Source: an uncultured Pelagibacteraceae bacterium (GTDB lineage Bacteria; Pseudomonadota; Alphaproteobacteria; Pelagibacterales; Pelagibacteraceae). Taken from it: a stretch of 46,078 nucleotides of DNA. The translations under genes and the position numbers were made by a program. Position 1 is the stretch's first letter. Each line of letters begins with the position of its first letter. The notes beneath the pieces were generated by a model. The model had not been told where the DNA came from and made no database searches. It saw only the letters and a list, made by a program, of their open reading frames with translations. The stretch is from positions 1 through 46,078 of the forward strand of contig CABZGR010000001.1 of NCBI GenBank assembly GCA_902525295.1, given 5' to 3'. Below, in pieces: positions 42,195 through 46,078 of this stretch.

Positions 42195-42455
42195 ATGGCA
42201 AACACTAAATCAGCTATTAAACGAATAAGACGTATATCACGTCAAACAATGGTAAATAAGTCTAGAAAAAGCAGATTTAGATCTGCAATAAAAAAAATGA
42301 ATTTAATTCTTGATAAAAAGGACAAAAAAGAAGCTTTAGCTTTCTTGCCAAAATTAAACTCTGAATTGATGAAAATAGCAAAGACAGGGGTGATAAAAAA
42401 GCAAAACGCGTCAAGAAATATTTCTAGAATAACAAAAAAAATAAATTCCTTATAA
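42195..42455 (+). CDS. rpsT: 30S ribosomal protein S20
   Basis: MANTKSAIKRIR start at 42195 (the ORF-track upstream extension is unlikely); NASR near the C-terminus. Confidence 0.96.
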   Translation: MANTKSAIKRIRRISRQTMVNKSRKSRFRSAIKKMNLILDKKDKKEALAFLPKLNSELMKIAKTGVIKKQNASRNISRITKKINSL

Positions 42456-42698
42456 CAACTTTTAGTTTATTTAGAGAAATTACAACCCTAGAGATTATTT
42501 TTTCAATTAAAAAAAGAATCTTTTAATCTTTCAATCCCAAGATAAAAAAAAATAAAAAAAGTAAATTTAAGATTACTAATTTTAAGTCCCTAAAAAGAGA
42601 TTCAATTATTAATTTATACAATTGTAAATTTTATTTTTTTTTGAGAATAAAAATAAATTTATTGCATTGAATTATGAATAGGAGTTTAACAGACTCTC

Positions 42699-44108
42699 AT
42701 GAAAAATAATCTCACTAACATTAAATCAGATAATATTAATAAGATTGATTGGAAATTATTACAAAATGAAATGAAAAATAAGTTTGGTTCTGAGATTTAT
42801 GATAGTTGGTTAAAAAAAATTGATTTAGTTGATGAGTTTAAAAATTATGTTTTATTATCCGTTTCGACAAGATTTATCAGAGACTGGATAACCTCAAGAT
42901 ATTTAGATCAAATATTACAAATAATTAAATTATATAAAAAAGATATTTCCAGAATAGAATTTGTAATTAACGAGAATATAAAGAACAAAAATAGTGATGA
43001 AATAAAACCAGATAATTCATCTGATAATGAGAAGGTTTCATTTATTAAAGATTCATATCTTCAGTATAATCGAATTGATCCAAATAAAAACTTTGAGAAT
43101 TTCTTGCTAGGGAAAAGTAATAAACTAGCTTTTGAAGCTGCAAAAAAAGTCTCAGAACAAATAGCTCATTATAATCCTCTGTATATTTATGGTGGAGTTG
43201 GAATGGGTAAGACACATTTGTTAAATGCAATTGGATTAAGTTTGAAAGAAAAAAATAAAGTAATGTTTATTTCAGCTGAAAGATTTATGTATCAATTTGT
43301 AAAGTCGATAAAATCTAATGATATGGTAAAGTTTAAAGAGTATTTTAGAAATACTGACATATTTTTGATTGATGATATTCAATTTATGAATGGAAAAGAA
43401 GCTATGCAAGAAGAGTTTTTCCACACATTTAATGTTTTGCTAGAGAAAGGATCACAAATTATAGTATCAGCAGATAGACCACCAAACAAATTAACTAGAA
43501 TACAAGAGAGAATTAAATCTAGATTTTCGGGAGGACTAGTGGTTGATATTCAAAATGCTGATTTTGAATTAAGATACAATATAATAAAATCCAAAAATGA
43601 AGATCTTGGAATTCATGATCCAAACAATATTAAAATCAGTGACGAGATCATAAAATTTATTAGCACTGAAGTTAATACTAGTATCAGAGAACTTGTAGGT
43701 GCATTTAATAGAATAGTATCTTTCTCAAGAATTTATGGAAAAACACCCTCAATGTCTGAGGTAAAAGTAATATTAAAAGATCTATTAAATTTAACAGAAA
43801 ATAAAGTTGATATAGATAGTATTCAAACAATAGTCTGTAAATATTTTAAAATAAGTAAAAACGAAATGTTGTCACCAAGAAGGTCAAGATATCTTGTAAG
43901 ACCAAGACAAACTGCTATTTATTTAGCAAAAATGCTGACATCTAAATCTTTACCAGAGATAGGTCGATCGTTTGCTAATAGAGATCACACAACTGTTATT
44001 CACTCAGTTAAAACAATAGAAAAATTAAGAAAAGACGATAATGAATTAAATTTAAGTATTGATAGCCTAAAGAATAAAATATTATACAAACAAGAAAATG
44101 AAATTTAG
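42699..44108 (+). CDS. dnaA: Chromosomal replication initiator DnaA
   Basis: YNPLYIYGGVGMGKTHL, IDDIQF, QEEFFHTFN, RDHTTVIH. Confidence 0.99.
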   Translation: MKNNLTNIKSDNINKIDWKLLQNEMKNKFGSEIYDSWLKKIDLVDEFKNYVLLSVSTRFIRDWITSRYLDQILQIIKLYKKDISRIEFVINENIKNKNSDEIKPDNSSDNEKVSFIKDSYLQYNRIDPNKNFENFLLGKSNKLAFEAAKKVSEQIAHYNPLYIYGGVGMGKTHLLNAIGLSLKEKNKVMFISAERFMYQFVKSIKSNDMVKFKEYFRNTDIFLIDDIQFMNGKEAMQEEFFHTFNVLLEKGSQIIVSADRPPNKLTRIQERIKSRFSGGLVVDIQNADFELRYNIIKSKNEDLGIHDPNNIKISDEIIKFISTEVNTSIRELVGAFNRIVSFSRIYGKTPSMSEVKVILKDLLNLTENKVDIDSIQTIVCKYFKISKNEMLSPRRSRYLVRPRQTAIYLAKMLTSKSLPEIGRSFANRDHTTVIHSVKTIEKLRKDDNELNLSIDSLKNKILYKQENEI

Positions 44109-45210
44109 TGTTAATCAACAGGATTTGCAAAAATCTTTAGGTTACTGTCAGGGTGTAATAGAAAAAAGAAGCACTTTACCTATACTTTCAAATATTTTGA
44201 TAGAGGCAGCAAATTCAAAATTAAAAATTACAGCAACAGATTTAGATTTAATATTTGTAAATGAAATTTCAAATATAAAAATTTTTGATGAAGGCAAAAC
44301 AACCACTTCTTCATCAATTATGTTTGATATTGTAAGAAAAATACCCTCTGGTAGTCAGATAAATTTCGAAAACACTGGAGAAAGTAAATTACAATTAGAA
44401 TCAAACAAATCTCTATTCAATTTAAATTCAATTAATGCATCTGAATTTCCAATTACAGATGAAAATTTTGATGAAAATAAATTTTCTATAGATTCAAAAG
44501 ATTTACTAAAACTTTTAAATAAATGTAAATTTTCAATTTCGAATGATGAAACAAGGCATTATCTTAGCGGTATTTTTTTTCATCAAACCCAAGTAGATGA
44601 TAAGAATTTTTTAACTGCAGCTGCAACAGATAGCCACAGAATGTCTATTTCAAAAGTAAGACTAAAAAATAAAATTGAATTTGAACCAATAATACTTCCA
44701 AAAAAAACAATATTTCAATTATGTTCCCTTTTAGAAGATTATGTTGGTGAGGTTAAAGTTTCAAATATTAAATCTAAAATTAAATTTGAACTTAATAATA
44801 GTACTTTGATATCGAAATTAATTGATGGCAAGTTTCCAAATTACATTCAGGTTGTTCCTAGAGATAATCAAAAAAAATTAGAAATTGATTTAAAATCTTT
44901 TTTAAACTCTGTAGATAGAGTAGCATCAGTTTCTTTAGATAAAAAAGATGGTGTAAAATTTAATTTGACTAAAGATAATTTAGATTTATCCGTTAACAAC
45001 ACAAACAGTGGTGATGGTAAAGAAAGCCTATCTGTAAAATTTGAGACTGATTTAGATATAAGTTTTAACTCTAGATATTTGCTTGATATAGCATCCCAAT
45101 TAAACGGAGATAACATAGAAATATATTTAAAAGATAATGGATCTCCAGCTTTAATAAAAGATCCTGCAGACTTTGACAGTATTTACGTTGTAATGCCTAT
45201 GAAAGGTTAG
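44098..45210 (+). CDS. dnaN: DNA polymerase III beta clamp
   Basis: PILSNIL, ATDLD, ATDSHR, LIDGKFPNY, VVMPM. Confidence 0.98.
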   Translation: MKFSVNQQDLQKSLGYCQGVIEKRSTLPILSNILIEAANSKLKITATDLDLIFVNEISNIKIFDEGKTTTSSSIMFDIVRKIPSGSQINFENTGESKLQLESNKSLFNLNSINASEFPITDENFDENKFSIDSKDLLKLLNKCKFSISNDETRHYLSGIFFHQTQVDDKNFLTAAATDSHRMSISKVRLKNKIEFEPIILPKKTIFQLCSLLEDYVGEVKVSNIKSKIKFELNNSTLISKLIDGKFPNYIQVVPRDNQKKLEIDLKSFLNSVDRVASVSLDKKDGVKFNLTKDNLDLSVNNTNSGDGKESLSVKFETDLDISFNSRYLLDIASQLNGDNIEIYLKDNGSPALIKDPADFDSIYVVMPMKG

Positions 45211-45905
45211 TTAGAAAGACCAAGCTCAGAATAGATTTCTTTTTGTAATAAATTTACAAATTCTCTTTCCGTTATGCCAGTTTTAATTGGCTTTAAAATA
45301 GACACAGTAATTGTTTTGTTAGGTACCATCTTTCCAGATTTTGGCCATACTCTTCCAGAGTCAATGGCAACTGGTTGACATTTTACGTTTAATTCTACGT
45401 AAATTCTTCCAACTCCTTTTTTAAAAGGAATAATTTCATCTGGTAAAACTCGAGTAGCTTGAGGAAAAATTATTACAGGTCTTTTTGTTTTCTCCATAAC
45501 TTGTTTAATTTTTTCTGTAAAATTAAGGTTTTCTTTTGAAACTTTATTTCTATTCACAGAAATTGAGTCAATTTTTCTCAAATACCAACCAAATATTGGA
45601 ATATTTAAAAGTTCTTTTTTAAGAATAAAAATTGGTGAATTAAATAATGTCTGTAAAAAAAAAGTTTCAAACATTGATTGATGAGAACATGCAATAAAAA
45701 AATTTTCATTATTTATTATATTTTCTTTACCTTTAATAACTATATTTGTTGAGTAAAATATTTTTAAACAGATTGAAGACCAGTAACCAAAAAGTTTACC
45801 TCCAAAAAGAGCTATTTTCTTTGGTAGTAATAATGATGGAAGAAAAATAATACATATTAAGATTAATCCAGAAAAAAATATACTTTTAAAGAGGATATTT
45901 CTCAT
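45207..45905 (-). CDS. plsC: 1-acyl-sn-glycerol-3-phosphate acyltransferase
   Basis: HQSMFET, KKEL..IP.FGW, IFPQATR, FKKG. Confidence 0.88.
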   Translation of the reverse strand: MRNILFKSIFFSGLILICIIFLPSLLLPKKIALFGGKLFGYWSSICLKIFYSTNIVIKGKENIINNENFFIACSHQSMFETFFLQTLFNSPIFILKKELLNIPIFGWYLRKIDSISVNRNKVSKENLNFTEKIKQVMEKTKRPVIIFPQATRVLPDEIIPFKKGVGRIYVELNVKCQPVAIDSGRVWPKSGKMVPNKTITVSILKPIKTGITEREFVNLLQKEIYSELGLSN

Positions 45906-45917
45906 TGTAGGTTTTAA

Positions 45918-46078
45918 TTAGATTATATTTGTTATTTTTTGTCTTTTTCTAATAATCTTTATTTTATTTCCTTTGATCAAAATTTCAGCAGGCCTTAATC
46001 TAAGATTATAATTAGATGATAATGAATAACCATATGCACCTGTATCACAAATGATCATAATATCATTTTCTTTAATAC
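45918..46078 (-). CDS. lysA: Diaminopimelate decarboxylase (3' end; runs off window)
   Basis: Manual translation ...IICDTGAYGYSLSSNYNLRLRPAEILI...RKRQKITNII*, matching the LysA GAYG..SNYN motif. Confidence 0.85.
   Translation of the reverse strand, partial: IKENDIMIICDTGAYGYSLSSNYNLRLRPAEILIKGNKIKIIRKRQKITNII

Noticed and set aside
42456-42698. oriC upstream of dnaA
   Set aside because: No good TTATCCACA-type DnaA boxes found by eye; alphaproteobacterial origins are often unlinked from dnaA.
768-45116. Numerous 60-125 aa ORFs antisense to or out of frame within core genes (e.g. 768-1109, 3904-4275, 23795-24169, 33448-33684)
   Set aside because: They lie within well-conserved genes, have no recognisable motifs and have the composition expected of shadow ORFs.

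Overview
Densely packed, very AT-rich core-genome segment of a streamlined alphaproteobacterium. Gene order, compactness and protein sequences point to SAR11/Pelagibacteraceae (inference). It contains nth-dapB-dnaJ-dnaK-grpE, rdgB, an LpoA-like gene, rsmI, a BON lipoprotein, maeB, murJ-trpS-nfuA, cell-wall enzymes, tsaB-fur-miaB-phoH-ybeY-lnt-metK, nusA-infB-rbfA-rpsO-pnp, fabI-fabB-fabA, irr, SH3/moeB/dut/coaBC/ubiB/ubiE, mutM-rpsT, dnaA-dnaN, plsC and the end of lysA. No rRNA, tRNA, CRISPR or mobile element was seen. The most interesting part is a ~3.5 kb islet between irr and the SH3 gene: katG with two identical Irr/PerR-type boxes on its promoter, an Fe(II)/2OG oxygenase, a DUF2061-like membrane protein, and an uncalled 59-aa 8-Cys microprotein behind three Fur-like boxes. 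Other points are a frameshifted small membrane gene at a T8 slippery run, a rimP-type leader terminator retained without rimP, and several streamlining deletions. All family assignments come from motif recognition by eye; no searches were run.
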